Shown here: positions 45,181 through 58,849 of the stretch, piece by piece
Numbering within the stretch: position 1 is the first letter of the stretch
How the letters are laid out: each line of letters opens with the position of its first letter
Assembly: GCA_951406725.2 (NCBI GenBank)
Contig: OX597824.1
Coordinates: 29,140,001 to 29,204,000, forward strand
Direction of reading: 5' to 3'
DNA: 64,000 nucleotides
From: Octopus vulgaris
Taxonomy: Eukaryota
Program-made: the position numbers and the translations under genes
The notes under the pieces: model-generated
What the model was told of the DNA's origin: nothing
What the model saw: the letters and a program-made list of their open reading frames with translations, nothing else
Databases searched by the model: none

Positions 45181-45777
45181 TATGTGTTTGTGTGTGTGTG
45201 TTCTTGTGTTTGCTTAGTGCGTGTTAAAGCGTACGTGCATGTGTATATATGTGTGAGGGTATGTTCGTGTGTTAATGCGTGTGTTTGAGTGTGTGTATAT
45301 GTGCTTGTGTATACCAGTGCGTGTAAGAGTATGCGTGCGTGTGTGTAATTGTATGTATGTGTATTAATATGAATGTGTATGCAAGTGTATGTGTTTTTGT
45401 GTGTGTGTGTGTGTGTATTAATGTGTGTTAAAGCGTGAGTGCGTACATGTGTGTGAGTGTAAATGTGTCTGCGTTGGGTGCTTGCGTATATGACTGCGTG
45501 CATGTACGTGAGTGTGTGTATGCTTGAGTATGTTAACATGTATGTGTACGCCTGTATATGTGTGTCCGTCTGAGTGTGTATGAGTGCGTTTTAGGGCATG
45601 CATATATATGTGTAAGTTTCTATAGGTTTGTGTTGTGAACGTTTGTGTGTGCTAGTATGTGTACGCGGGTATCTATGGCCTGCGTGTCAGCACGCGCGTG
45701 AGAGTGTGCGCGCGTATTTTAACATACACATGCGCGCGTGTGGAAAGGTGTTGAAATGTCATGCATATCTAAGTGTA

Positions 45778-45779
<2 letters not shown>

Positions 45780-45810
<31 letters not shown>

Positions 45811-45941
45811 ATGTGTGTGCCTGTGTGTGTCTGTGTGTTTGTGTGTGTGTGTCTGTGTATGTGTTTGTGTGTGTGTTCGTGTGTGCTTGTATACATGCGT
45901 GTGTGTATGTGCATGTGTTTGTGCGTGCGTGCGTGTGTAGG

Positions 45942-45976
<35 letters not shown>

Positions 45977-46690
45977 CTGCTTATGTGTGTACCTGTGTGT
46001 GTGTGTCTGTGTATGTGTTTATGTGTGTGTGTTCGTGTGTGCTTGTATACATGCGTGTGTGTATGTGCATGTGTTTGTGCGTGCGTGTGTAGGTGTGTGT
46101 GTGTGTGTTTGTGTGTGCGTGTGTCTGCGTATGTGTGTATCTGTGTGTGTGTGTGTCTGTGTATGTGTTTATGTGTGTGTGTTCGTGTGTGCTTGTATAC
46201 ATGCGTGTGTGTATGTGCATGTGTTTGTGCGTGCGTGTGTAGGTGCGTGTGTGTTTGTATGTGTGTGTGTGTCTGCGTATGTGTGTACCTGTGTGTGTAT
46301 GTGTCTGTGTATGTGTTTATGTGTGCGTGTTCGTGTGTGCTTGAATGCATGTGTGTGTGCATGAACATGTGTTTGTGCGTGCGTGTGTAGGTGTTTGTGT
46401 GTTTGTATGTGTGTGTGTATCTGCGTATGTGTGTACCTGTGTGTGTACCTGTGTATGTGTTTATGTGTGTGTTCGTGTGTGCTTGTATACATGTGTGTCT
46501 GCATGTGCATGTGTTTGTGCGTGCGTGTGTAGGTGTGTGTGTGTGTGTCTGCGTATGTGTGTACCTGTGTGTGTGTGTCTGTGTATGTGTTTATGTGTGT
46601 GTGTTCGTGTGTGCTTGTATACATGCGTGTGTGTATGTGCATGTGTTTGTGCGTGCGTGTGTAGGTGTGTGTGTGTGTGTGTGTCTGTAT
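45780..46690. repeat. GT-rich minisatellite, ~6 units of 132-156 bp
   Basis: Marker GTTCGTGTGTGCTTG at 45875, 46031, 46181, 46329, 46471 and 46603. Confidence 0.9.
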
Positions 46691-46974
46691 TTGTTGATGA
46701 CTTTGTGAGCGTGTGTGCGCATGTGCGTTTGATTTTGTCTGTTATGTGCTGTCCTATGTATGGCTGAACGAGTATACAGATGTATGTGTATGTGTGCCCG
46801 CGTGTATGTATATATATGTATGTATCTATGTATATGTGGGGTGTATAAGTATATGCTTGTGTGTGTGTATGCGTGCCTGTATATGTGTGTGTGTATGTGG
46901 GTTTGTATATATGAGTGCGTGTGCGTGTGCAAAGGTGTGTTGGTGTTTGTGCATATTTATCTGTATGTGTGTTA

Positions 46975-47195
46975 GGCAGTGTGCTGGCAGAAACGTTAGC
47001 ACGCCGGGCGAAATGCTTAGCCGTAATTCGACTGTCTTTACCTTTTTGAGTTCGAATTCCACCGAGGTCGACTTTGCCTTTCATCTTTTCGAGGTCGATA
47101 AATTAAGTATCAGTTGCGTACTGGAGTATATATAATCGACTGGCCTCCTCTCTCACCAAAATTCGGGCCCTGTGCCTAGAGTAGAAAAGGATATT
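46975..47195 (+). mobile_element. SINE family B
   Basis: Head, Meta-like core, tail CGGGCCCTGTGCCTAGAGTAGAAAAGG. Confidence 0.82.
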
Positions 47196-47647
47196 TGTCT
47201 GTATGTAGATTTGTGTGTATTTAAGTATGTATTTTTGTTTTGCTCCATGTATGCTGGGGCACCACCATGAGGGATTTTAGTTGTACCAATCGACCCCAGT
47301 ACCTATTTTTTAAACCTTTTTTGAAGCCTGGTACTTATTCTATCGATTTCATACACCAGACCGCTGGCTTGCCGGGACGTAAACACACGAACAACTGTCG
47401 TGGAGCGCTGTGTCGAATGAACTCAGACACGCACACACACACTCACGCACACACTCACGCACACACTCGCGCGCGCACACCCAAACACACTCACGCACAC
47501 AAATACATAGCCCCACAAACACAAAGGAACGCGCGCACAAAAATTTATATATATGCATATGTATGTATGTGTGTGTTCACCATGGGCTTCTTTCAGTTTC
47601 CTCTTTACCTAATCCACTCACAATAGTAAAATATAAAATATCTATCA

Positions 47648-47713
<66 letters not shown>

Positions 47714-47730
47714 ATATATATATATACATC

Positions 47731-47812
47731 CACATCAGACGCCATGATGGATTTAAGGTGTAAGTAGAAGAGGTGGTCAGACTCTGTTTAAAGGGTAGAC
47801 AACCACCATATA
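47731..47812 (+). mobile_element. 5'-truncated RTE tail (inverted copy of 47943-48023)
   Basis: HIRRHDGFKV* plus a 3' UTR ending GACAACCACC(AT)n. Confidence 0.75.
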
Positions 47813-47826
47813 TATGTATGTATATA

Positions 47827-47907
<81 letters not shown>

Positions 47908-47942
47908 ATATATATATGTGTGTGTGTGTGTGTGTATATATA

Positions 47943-48630
47943 TATGGTGGTTGTCTACCCTTTATAGAGAATCTGACCACCTGTTGTACTTACACCTTAG
48001 ATCCATCATGGCGTCTGATGTGGCTTTTTAAATCAGACAATGTATTGAAAGGATACCTGCATAGATAGCATATCTAATTTGGACCACCAAGAACTTAGTT
48101 AAGTTCCGATCTTTCTGGATCTTAAGATGTCTTTTGAGGCCTCCATTATATTTGCAGACCTCATGGTATACATGGCATGGAAAGGTGTGCGCAAATATAT
48201 AGGCAGAGTAGTTGGTGGCGGTTCGTGGGTCCATGGGTCCGCAAATGAGATTTGAGCCCAGCAAGAGAAAGGCATGGTCTGTCATAAACTGTGCACACGA
48301 ATTCATCTGCTCAATTGCAACACTCTTCTTAAAATTTATCTCGAGTCTAGCATATGTCATCCTGTCCTCTTCAAAAGCTTTCACTCCATTCCACATTTTT
48401 GTTCGTCATCCAGCTCGATCCGAACCAAGGGTTTTCCAAGTGACATCATGATAGTCCTTATGCCGTCCCTAGACCCCTTTTTAAGTTTCCACCGTCTGCA
48501 TTTTCCCCTCTGCTTGTTCGCCATAAAACAGCTGTTTCTGCGTGCGTGCGTCCATACGCAATTCTAACAATAAGGCCAAGCCGTTTCATATGTGTCAAAC
48601 GAAGGCTAGCAGGCTTAAGTTCCGTACTGA
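47943..48630 (-). mobile_element. RTE-clade LINE 3' fragment with three C-terminal C2H2 zinc fingers
   Basis: KQLFYGEQAEGK, WNGVKAFEEDR, CTVYDRPCLSLAGLKSHLRTH, CHVYHEVCKYNGGLKRHLKIQ, CYLCRYPFNTLSDLKSHIRRHDGSKV* (stop 47990-47992); frameshifted. Confidence 0.8.
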
Positions 48631-48779
48631 CATCACCCGCACTCTTATAAAATTATTATAAAATCATAATAAAAAATATTCAGCCGTTCTCCATTATAAC
48701 GTTCGATTGTTGTCATCATTTACCAACTCAAAAGCAAACATTTATATACTAAACGTACGTACATACATACATACATACA

Positions 48780-48810
<31 letters not shown>

Positions 48811-49139
48811 GCACACACATATACACACGCACATACATTAATATTTAGGAACAGAATGACTCAAGTCTGAAAGTATCTTGCGTTGGCGTCTATCAAACAT
48901 GTTTGTTAAGTGCCATCGCACGAAACTATCGGATCTTGAGTAACTCACAGCTCGACAACCGATGTTTGTGTGTTTACTTCCCCGTAACCTAGCGGTTCTG
49001 CAAAAGAAATACAAAAAATATAAGTACTGGGATCCAATTCGTGAAGGTAGTGCCCCAGCAAGGCCGCAGTCTATTGATTGAAGCAAGTTAAAGATGGAAG
49101 AATAATGTTGCCTTGATTTGAAAATTTATCTCATAGACG

Positions 49140-49418
49140 CAGGTATGGCGTGTCGGTAAGAGGCTCACTTGAGAATCAAAACCACACGGTTTCGGGTTCA
49201 GATGCATAGTGTCTTCTACTATAGCCCTGAGCTATAGTATTTACATGGTTTCCTCTTGAAGCACATCTTCTTATTCCAATGCGGCTATGTGGTAAGTAGC
49301 TTGCTTCCTGGTTCAGTCCCATTGCATGCCACCTTGGACAAGTTTCTTCTACTATAGCCCCGGGCCGACCAAACCCTTGTAAGTGGATTTGATAGACGGA
49401 AACTGAATAAAGCCCATC

Positions 49419-49462
<44 letters not shown>

Positions 49463-49685
49463 GAATGTTTGTATATATGTTTGTGTGTCTGTATTTGTCC
49501 CCACACCTTCGCTTGACAAGCGATGGTGGTGTGTTTACGTCCCCGTAAGCTAGCGCTTCGGCAAAGGAGACCGATAGAATAAGTACTAGGCTTACAAAAA
49601 ATAATTCCTGGGGTCGATTTGCTCGACTAAAGGCGATACTCTAGCATGGCCGCGGTCAAAATGACTGAAACATGTAAAAGAATAG
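49140..49685 (+). mobile_element. SINE family A (partial head plus full copy)
   Basis: Family A diagnostic blocks. Confidence 0.8.
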
Positions 49686-49828
49686 ATATTATATTTGTGG
49701 GGGCGTATGCATAAGAGCTGAAAAACCTAAGAAATAATTTCTGCTGAGTGATAATAACATCAAAACATAAACATGAATATTTGTGCGCCCGTGTCTGTGT
49801 GTGTACGTCTGTATGTATGTGTGTGTAC

Positions 49829-49865
<37 letters not shown>

Positions 49866-50393
49866 TAAGTGTGTGTGTGTGTACTTGTGTGTGCGTGCAT
49901 GTGCATGTGTGTGTACGTGTGTGTTTGCCTCTGTGTGTGTGTGTGTGTGTGTGCCTTTGTGTCTGATTTTATTCGCCATCACCGTTTGACAACTGTTGTT
50001 GGTGTGTTTACGTCCCAATAAGTCCCCATTCATTATATGAAATTGATGGAACAAGTACCATAATTTAAAAAAAAAGGAAAAAATAGATAAATAAATACTT
50101 AAATGCTGGAGCCGATTCGTACGACCAAAATTATTCAAGGTGCATGAAAATTAAAAAAAATAAATACGTACTCACATACGCACAAACCCACACACATGGT
50201 TCTACATACAGATAAATATACACCAACACCAACACTCGTTTATACACACACATACGAAGATTTTTTTGGTATTATATATTCACCATTACATGTGTTTCAC
50301 TTACTAATATGAATGGCCGATTTGTAGATGTAGGAGAAAACAAGTAAGATATCGTCTATTCACATTTCTTGAGACCGAGAATCAAATGATATA

Positions 50394-50768
50394 TCTTTAT
50401 ATATAAAAGTAAGTCCTACGATTTAGATTCCTAACTACTGCCACATTTTGCGGTGCAGTTTAACCAAAACCGGGTATCTTATAGTCGTGATTCATATCAA
50501 GCTCTTCTGGGTATTAGCGCGCGTCTACGATGAGTCTACGATTAAAAAAAAAAATACCATAATTTTTTTCCATTTTAATGCATTTTTCTCGCTATTATAT
50601 AAGGGAAGTAACTCTCTAAAAATATCTACGATGAGTCAACGATTTAAAAAAAATTTACCATCATTTTTTTTTTTTCCATTTTTTGCTATCTTTTGGCTAT
50701 AACACTCTAAAAATGCTTATATAGTTATTTCCCTTACAAACCCGAGCAACGCCGGGCGATACTGCTAG
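50394..50768 (+). mobile_element. Non-autonomous Helitron
   Basis: 5' TC, 3' CTAG preceded by the hairpin CCCGAGCAACGCCGGG, inserted between A and T, no TSD; near-identical to 57945-58345. Confidence 0.88.
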
Positions 50769-50958
50769 TTTTAAATATATTTTAATCAGTTTGATTCCGT
50801 TTATTGCAACTTAAAGTTTCGCAGGCTCGTCAAACGAACGTAACTCGTTAGTCTGACTCTGTTTCATAATCTTTTCTGTTTAACCAGTCTAGTATCTAGT
50901 TTCCCTCTCTCTTTCCCTCGCTCCATGTGTTTCTCTGTCTCACTCTCTGTATGTGTGC

Positions 50959-50996
<38 letters not shown>

Positions 50997-51009
50997 ACTT
51001 CTTATTGAT

Positions 51010-52120
51010 TGACCGACTCACTCATTTAGACTCTTATTCACTCACCCTCTCACTCGGTCATTTAGTCAATCAATAAATCAGTCACTCAATCACTCATTCA
51101 CTCAATCACTCACTCACTCAAGTACTCATCAACTCACTCACTCGCCCACTCATTCACTCACTCACTCACTTACTCACTCATTCACTCACTCAATTACTCA
51201 ATCACACTCTCTCTACAACCCAATAACTTATCAATCATTCATTTCTCTCATTTCTCTCTCAATTTCTCTCTCTCTTTTTCTCTCTCACTCACTCACTCAC
51301 TCACTCACTCCTAACACTATCAAGTACGCCTTATCTTCATTATTGATGTTCAGAAATCAAACATCATTATCATCATACACTCCTTACTTAGGTGAGATCG
51401 GAAGAACACCTTGCATAATATAGTCCTAGATGCACTTTGCCATTAAACAAACAAAGAAGGTTAGTCATGGTTGGCAAGCCTTTGAGCATAGAACGGCTTC
51501 TTCAGCCACCGTCATCAACATTAGTACCACCACTACTACAACCACCATTCCACCGTCACCATTATTATCACTACCACCACCGCCGCCACCACCACTACTA
51601 CCACCACCACCACTGCTACCATCACCACTGCCACCATCACCACTGCCACCATCACCACTGCCACCACCACTGTCACCACCACCACTGCAGCCACCACCTC
51701 CACTGCCACTACCAAGACCACTGCCACGACCACCACAACCATCACCATCACTGCCACCACCGCCACAACTATCATCTCCATCACTACCACCACCACAACT
51801 ACCACCAACACCACTACTTTTGGCGCTACCATAACCATCATAGCCACCACTACTATTACTACAACCACTACCACCAATAACGCAACCACAACCACCACCG
51901 CTAACGTAGCCATCATCATCATCATCAACATCATCATCATCATCATCATCATCAACATCATCATCGACATCATCATCAACAACAACAAAAACTCATTGCA
52001 TCCACAACCATCACTATCATCACCACTATCACCATCACCAACCTTATCCCTCTAACCACAAAGACATACCGCATCGACAACCACAGCCTCCATCTCCATC
52101 ACCATCGCCACCACCATCTC
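51010..52120. repeat. Degenerate (ACTC)n followed by (CCA)n/(CAT)n tracts
   Basis: Directly visible; source of the poly-Pro/His ORFs. Confidence 0.85.
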
Positions 52121-53212
52121 TATTAACAACCCATCCCTCTATATAACCCATTGCGTATTCTATGAAAATCTCTTATTCCGCTCACACCATCTTAATACAT
52201 GACGTTCCTTCTTTATTAACTAACTAATCCCCAATCTTTCAAGTAAGCCATCTCTTGCCTGCTTCCTCCTCCTTCTTCATCCATCCACTTTTCTTATTCA
52301 CCCTATGCCGCCATTTTCTTGTCTTTTTTTCTCTTTTCTCTGGTGGTGTCTGATTTATTTTATTCTATTTAGTCATTTTCTTCTTATATCTTCTCTCTTT
52401 GCTATTTTACTCTTCTTTGTTTTTGAGAAGAAAAAGAACACAAAGAAAAGAAAAACAAACAAAAAAAAAACAGTAAAACTAAAAAGCAAACGAACCAACT
52501 ATAGCTACTTTCCTTTTTACTCCCACATCCAGCCTTCAAAATTAAAAAAAAAAAGAATGAAAAACTCCACGAAAAAACAAGAAAAACGATATAAAGATAA
52601 CACTGTTATCTTTATCTGTAGTCTTTGGTTATTTCCTGAATATATTCTCCAGCCTCCCCGCTTCCTAACTTTCTAAGATTCTCGTATAGTTTTCAAATTC
52701 CTGTTGTTTTAAAGAAATGACTGGAGCAGACGATTTTCATCGCCATCGTTGTTGCTGTCGTCGTCATCGTGGTCGTGGCCGTTGTTGTAGCGATGTTTGA
52801 CGTTCGTATAGTAGTTGTTATTGTTGTTTATTTGGTAGAAGATTACGTAGTCTTTTTTTATATTTTATTTATCATTATATATGTAGATGTTTTGATGATT
52901 TTTGGTTTTGGTTGTCTGTGTATGGTAATGGCTAACTATGTTTATGTATGTGTATGTGCTTGCGTGTATGTGCATGTGCGTGCGCATGTGTGTGTACGTG
53001 TATATGTGCAGATTTACTCTGTGCATGTGTGTGTGTGTGTGTGTTTTTACTTTAATATATTTTTGAGAGACACACGGTTCTGTTATATGCTTATCAACAC
53101 CTAAGTCTGAGTGTGAAAACATGGAGAACAACAATCATAAGGATGGATAGAGCTAGATGGAGATAGAAAGGTAGAAAGAGAGATGGGAGAGAAAGACTGA
53201 GAAACACAGAGA

Positions 53213-53257
<45 letters not shown>

Positions 53258-53711
53258 GGAGACGAGCAGAGTGACAAGGTGGGTGAAAGATAGAGCGAGT
53301 AAGACAACAGGAAAGATAGAAAGGGACGGAGAGAGGAAAAAAAGGAAGGAGAGGGAGGGGGAAAAACACACACACATACACCATACATACACGCAATTAC
53401 GCACATAAATGCACACAGACTCTCCCTTTCTCTCTCTCCCTCACACACATACACACACACACAAACACACACACACATACACACACACATACACACACAC
53501 GCATACATAAACACACACACGCACTCATAGATATACACATACACACGCACACTCACATGTACACACATAATTTCACAGTTTCAATGAGCCATACATCCGG
53601 TTAAACTAATCAATCGCAATCAATAAATTATCAAAATGATCAAACTCTTTATGATTATCGAGCCCTATATTCAGTTAATTTATCGCTGTTATTATATACA
53701 AATAAATGCTA

Positions 53712-53928
53712 AGGCAGCGAGCTGGCAGAATCGTTAGCTTACCAGGCAAAATGCTTAGCGGCATTTCATCTGTCTTTATATTCTGAGTTCAAATTCCGCC
53801 GAGATCGACTTTGCCGTTCATCCTTTCGGGATCGATAAATTAAGTACCATTCAAGTACTGGGTTCGATGTGAACGACTATCCCTCTCCCCCAAAATTCCA
53901 GGCCTTGTGCCTATTGTAGAAAGGATTA
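53712..53928 (+). mobile_element. SINE family B
   Basis: Full head, core and tail. Confidence 0.82.
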
Positions 53929-53958
53929 TATATAAATAGATAGCTAGATAGATAGACA

Positions 53959-54009
<51 letters not shown>

Positions 54010-54029
54010 TCGATAAACTTCTGTATGCC

Positions 54030-54063
<34 letters not shown>

Positions 54064-54861
54064 TATGTATGCATGTATATATACATATATATATACATAT
54101 ATATATACATATATATATATGTATGTATGTATGTATACACACATACACATATATATATTGGACAAACTTCTGCACAGTTTTCGTCAAACTAACAAGACGT
54201 TATTCAACTAACATCTTTAGTAGAAGACACTCGTCCAAGGTGATGAGGAGCAACGAGGCAGAAACCGGGACCATGAGATCGTCAAGCGAACTGCTAAACT
54301 GCGCGTGCGCACGCACATGCAACAAACACCATCACAACCATCACAACTGACAAACACGATGTGTTTATATATCATATAATTATGTATATATATGTATATA
54401 TATGTATATATGTATAAAGGATCATATTTCTTTCATCGCGAAAGCTATTCGGTTTCATTGATTAATACAACCTCTTTATATAAAGCATTTGATAACCCCA
54501 ATCAGCTGAACAGTTTAGAAAATTACTAAAGATAGTCAAAGCATGTTGATTTAATTGAATATAATCACGATCATCTTAGCAATAAATGGACCTTTTTTTC
54601 TCTCTCTCTAAAAATTAATATCTTAATTAATATCCGTATTTAACTAATCTTTGTTTGTTGCTAAGCATCAATAAAAACTGTTTTTGAATAGGCACAATAC
54701 CAATGTATGTTATGGATGTGAACAAATCGTTTGATTTCAGCGCTGTATATTGATTACCAGCATAGTCACGGGGGCCTGGACTTATTATTATTTTTTTTGT
54801 GGTGGGGGGGATAATACTCATTAATATTGAACTAATTATTTCCAATCACGATGGGAACATA

Positions 54862-55015
54862 TTCTTTGACGTTTGGTTTTCCCGAAGCTGAAGGAGATGA
54901 GTGAAGCTCTGATAAGGATCCAGAACACCTTCACTTTGGAGGACTTGACCTTCACGAAGTACCTAGAACGCTACCAGTTGGAGCGCCTTGATATCAAAGG
55001 ATCCTATATTGAACT
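54862..55015 (+). mobile_element. mariner transposase C-terminal relic (same type as 63400-63960)
   Basis: FPKLKEM.EALIRIQNTFTLEDL.FTKYLERY...IKGSYIE matches the mariner FPKLK...W..R...G.YFE ending. Confidence 0.6.
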
Positions 55016-56136
55016 CGTGGCACAAGTTGGTGCAACTAAATACGGTAAAACATTCCTTTCTTCACGCTAATGCCCTACAATTTCTAGCAGTCCAATAACA
55101 ATGATAGTAATTTTGCTGTGTCTTGGAAGGGTCATTATGCCAATGATAAACACACGCACTGGTTCTATTTTACTTATATTTATATCATCAATGAACTAAG
55201 AAAGCAGCTGTCAGAATCGTTAGTACATTGGGCGAAATCTTTGGCGGTATTTCGTCCGTCTTTACATTCTGAGTTCAAATTCCGCCGAGGTCGGCTTTGC
55301 CCTCGTCCTTCCGTGATCGATAAAATAATTACTAGTTGAGCTCTGGGGGCGACGTAATCTTGAAATAAGTTGGATTCCTGTAAGAACACCCAACGGCAAC
55401 GTAATCGACTTTTGCCTTATGCCAAAATTTGAAATCAGTATTATGAATCAACTAGTTAATTTTTTAACCAATTAACTAATAGCTTATTTAATGAATTGTC
55501 CGGCTAAACAATCAATTAGCCTCATTCGCGAAAGTCGTTTCGTCACCTCCGCGACCTCATCAATGATAAGCCCCTTCTACACCAGATCTACTCGAAGTAA
55601 ATGCTATGCCACCGCTTTGATGCGTTCAAAGTGCTTTATAGTTGCGTTCTACGATCTTTCAACATCTGTCTTTCAAATATTGTATTTTTAGCAACCCTCG
55701 GTTACTTGGAGAGCACATTCTATTTTCTTCTCACACACCCGACAGAAAACGGATATTGAAGCTACCCTCTTTCATTCCGATCAAAATCATTATTACCATT
55801 TTTTTTTTTTTTTTATCATTAGATCTGTCTTTTGTATCTCTAGACATTTTCAGTGACATAGCATAAAAATCTGGATGGCGATCACGACCCTTTTAAAGGC
55901 CTTTGGGAATAGTTGGTAGTATTGTAGAAGTTATCTTCAAGCTACAAGCAAGAACCGAATTCTTGAAATAGGATGGGCGCCAGTAAAAGCACTTAAAGTT
56001 GAGGTGAGGTTGTTAAACCTGGTTACAAACAACAGATAATGTATCATAGACATCTTTTCTTTGCTTTTTACTATTAGAGAGGTATTTCGCTTTCCTTCAC
56101 TCAATTATTTACTTGGTATTTCATCATCATTTGTGA

Positions 56137-56465
56137 AAGAGCATGGCTCAGTGATTAAAGCGTCGAGCTTACGACCGCCAGGTTGTGAGTTCGATAGCCG
56201 GACCGGGTTGCGTGTTGTGTTCTAGAGCAAGACACTTTATTTCACGTTGCTCCAGTTAACACACCTGTAAAAATGAGTTGCGACATCACTGGTGCCAAGC
56301 TGCATCGACCTTTGCCTTTCCCTTGGATAACATCAGTGGTGTGGAGAGGGGAGACTGGTATGCATGGGCGACTGCTGGTCTTCCATAAACAACCTTGCCA
56401 AGACTTGTGCCTCGGAGGGTAACTTTCCAGGTGCAATCCCATGGTTATTCATGACCGAAAGGGTC
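56137..56465 (+). mobile_element. tRNA-derived SINE family C
   Basis: A box TGGCTCAGTGAT, B box GAGTTCGATAGCC, GAGCAAGACACTTTATTTCAC core (also at ~1590-1620). Confidence 0.75.
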
Positions 56466-56517
56466 ACACTTTCATTTCATCATCAGATACCCCGGTGAAT
56501 GTTGTTGATAAAACATA

Positions 56518-56931
56518 GGCATTCCTATGTGGCAAGAAGTTTGGTCCCCAACCACATGGTTCCGCGTTCAACCCTCTGCATAACACCTTGGGCAAGGGTC
56601 TTCTACTATGGCCTCGGGCTGACCAAAGCCTTGTAAGTCGATTTGTAGACGGAAATTGCAAGAAGCCTGTGTACGTATGTGTGTGTGAATGTGTGTATGT
56701 GTGTGCGTATGCATTTCTGTGTATCTTTCGCTTTGTGTTTGTCCTTCACCACCGCTTGACAACCAATGTTGGTGTGTTTACGTCCTCGTAACTTAGAGGT
56801 TCGGCTTGGGAGTCCAGTAAATCAGTAACAGACTTTAAAAAATAAAATCATTATTAGGGTCGATTCATTCGACAAAAAAATTTGAATGCAGTGCTGCAGC
56901 ATGGCCACATTCTAATGACTGAAACTAATAA
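56518..56931 (+). mobile_element. SINE family A, tail interrupted by the family B trimer
   Basis: Diagnostic blocks; the tail resumes at 57531. Confidence 0.8.
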
Positions 56932-57530
56932 GGCGGCAAGCTGGCAGAAACGTTAGCACGCCAGGCGAAATGCTTAACGGTATTTCGTCTGCCGCTCCAT
57001 TCTGAGTTCAAATTCCGCCGAGGTCGACTTTGCCTTTCATCCTTTCGGGGTCGATAAATTAAGTACCAGTTACGCACTGGGGTCGATATAATTAACTTAA
57101 TCCGTTTGTCTATCCTTGTTTGTCCTCTCTGTGTTTAGCCCTTTGTGGGTAGTAAAGAAATAGGTATTTCGTCTGTCGTTACGTTCTGAGTTCGAATTCC
57201 GCCGAGGTCGACTTTGCCTTTCATCCTTTCAGGGTCAATTAAATAAGTACCAGTTACGCACTGGGGTCGATATAATCGACTTAATCCGTTTGTCTGTCGT
57301 TGTTTGTCCTCTCTGTGTTTAGCCCCTTGTGGGTAGTAAAGAAATAGGTATTTCGTCTGTCGTTACGTTCTGAGTTCGAATTCCGCCGAGGTCGACTTTG
57401 CCTTTCATCCTTTCGGGGTCAATTAAATAAGTACCAGTTACGCACTGGGGTCGATATAATCGACTTAATCCGTTTGTCTGTCCTTGTTTGTCCCCTCTGT
57501 GTGTAGGCCCTTGTGGGTAGTAAAGAAATA
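56932..57530 (+). mobile_element. SINE family B trimer (one head + 3 x 184 bp) with a 12-bp TSD
   Basis: Units start at 56979, 57163 and 57347; TGAAACTAATAA at 56920-56931 and 57531-57542. Confidence 0.9.
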
Positions 57531-57944
57531 TGAAACTAATAAAAGATAAGAGTTGATTATAAGGTGCAGTTATGGCTGTGTGGTTAAGAAGCTTTCTTTG
57601 CAGCCTCGTAGACTTTGGTTCAGTCTCAGTATGCGGCACCGGGCCGACTAATGCCTAGTGAGTGAACAGAGCGGGTGGCAGACGTGTATATATACTGAGC
57701 CACAAAATAATCATCGTACTGTAAAAGGTTATTTGTTTCACACACGATATTGAGATTATATGGATTTTATCACATTTCTAGGTAGTTTGACATATAGAAG
57801 ATATCACTGACCCACAACTCCACTCTCTTTTGGAAACACAAGGATTGCATGTAGGGTTTGAACGCGCTCAATTTTCGTGAACATGGTAATGCTTGCGAAC
57901 GCATCTTTATGAAAAGTATGATGCGGGTTAAAAACGGTGCTTCA

Positions 57945-58345
57945 TCTTTATATATAAAAGTGAAGTTGTGTGAGTCTCTGTCTCCTACGATTTAGATTCC
58001 TAACTACTCCCACATTTTGCGGTGCAGTTTAACCAAAACCGGGTATCTTATAGTCGTGATTCATATCGAGCCCTTCTGGGTATTAGCGCGCGTTTACGAT
58101 GAGTCTACGATTTTAAAAAAAATTACCATAATTTCTTTTCCATTTTAATGCATTTTTTCGCTATTATATAAGGGAAGTAACTCTCTAAAAATGTCTACGA
58201 TGAGTCAACGATTTAAAAAAACTTTACCATCATTTTTTTCCTATTTTTAATGCATTTTTTTGCTATATTTTGGCTATAAGTCTCTAAAAATGCTTATATA
58301 GTTATTTCCCTTACAAACCCGAGCAACGCCGGGCGATACTGCTAG
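57945..58345 (+). mobile_element. Non-autonomous Helitron
   Basis: A|TC...hairpin...CTAG|T. Confidence 0.88.
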
Positions 58346-58794
58346 TTGGGTATAAAAAGCACCCAAATTTACCAGCCTGTCATTCGTTTTTCCGAACGCA
58401 GTAAGCATGCCAAAACTGACACGAGCAAGCCATCGGACGTCTCCATGCTGGTCAACGTCTAAGAATCATTGCTAATGACTTGAACTGCAGGATTCGGACA
58501 ATTGAGTGGCTGAGGGAATGATACAATGTCACAAACAGCACGGATGATTGTCCACACAGTGACTGACCGAGGGTTACAACGGCACACCAAGAATTCCACC
58601 TGCACCGACAGCATTTGCAGTACCTGTATTTCAAAGGGCCAGCCTTGTCACACTCTGTGTCATGCTGAATCACCCCGAGAACTATGTTAAAGGTCTGTGT
58701 AGTGCACAGCCACTTACACGTTATTTTCACGAGCAGGCTGTTCCGTTGATTGGATCAACTGGAACCCACGTCGTCGTAACTGACGGAGTACCAC

Positions 58795-58849
<55 letters not shown>

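Noticed and set aside
52717-52800. Small ORF MTGADDFHRHRCCCRRHRGRGRCCSDV
   Set aside because: Derived from a degenerate (GTC/GTT)n tract.
54873-55070. 65-aa ORF with apparent splice sites, considered as a host exon
   Set aside because: Better explained as a mariner transposase C-terminus (FPKLKE...G.Y.E), matching 63870-63930.
55500-56100. Possible transposase or helicase relic (LIIDEV on the minus strand)
   Set aside because: A single short motif amid stops; the family could not be assigned.
56932-57530. Regular repeats considered as a CRISPR-like array
   Set aside because: Contiguous 184-bp SINE units with no unique spacers, in a eukaryotic context.
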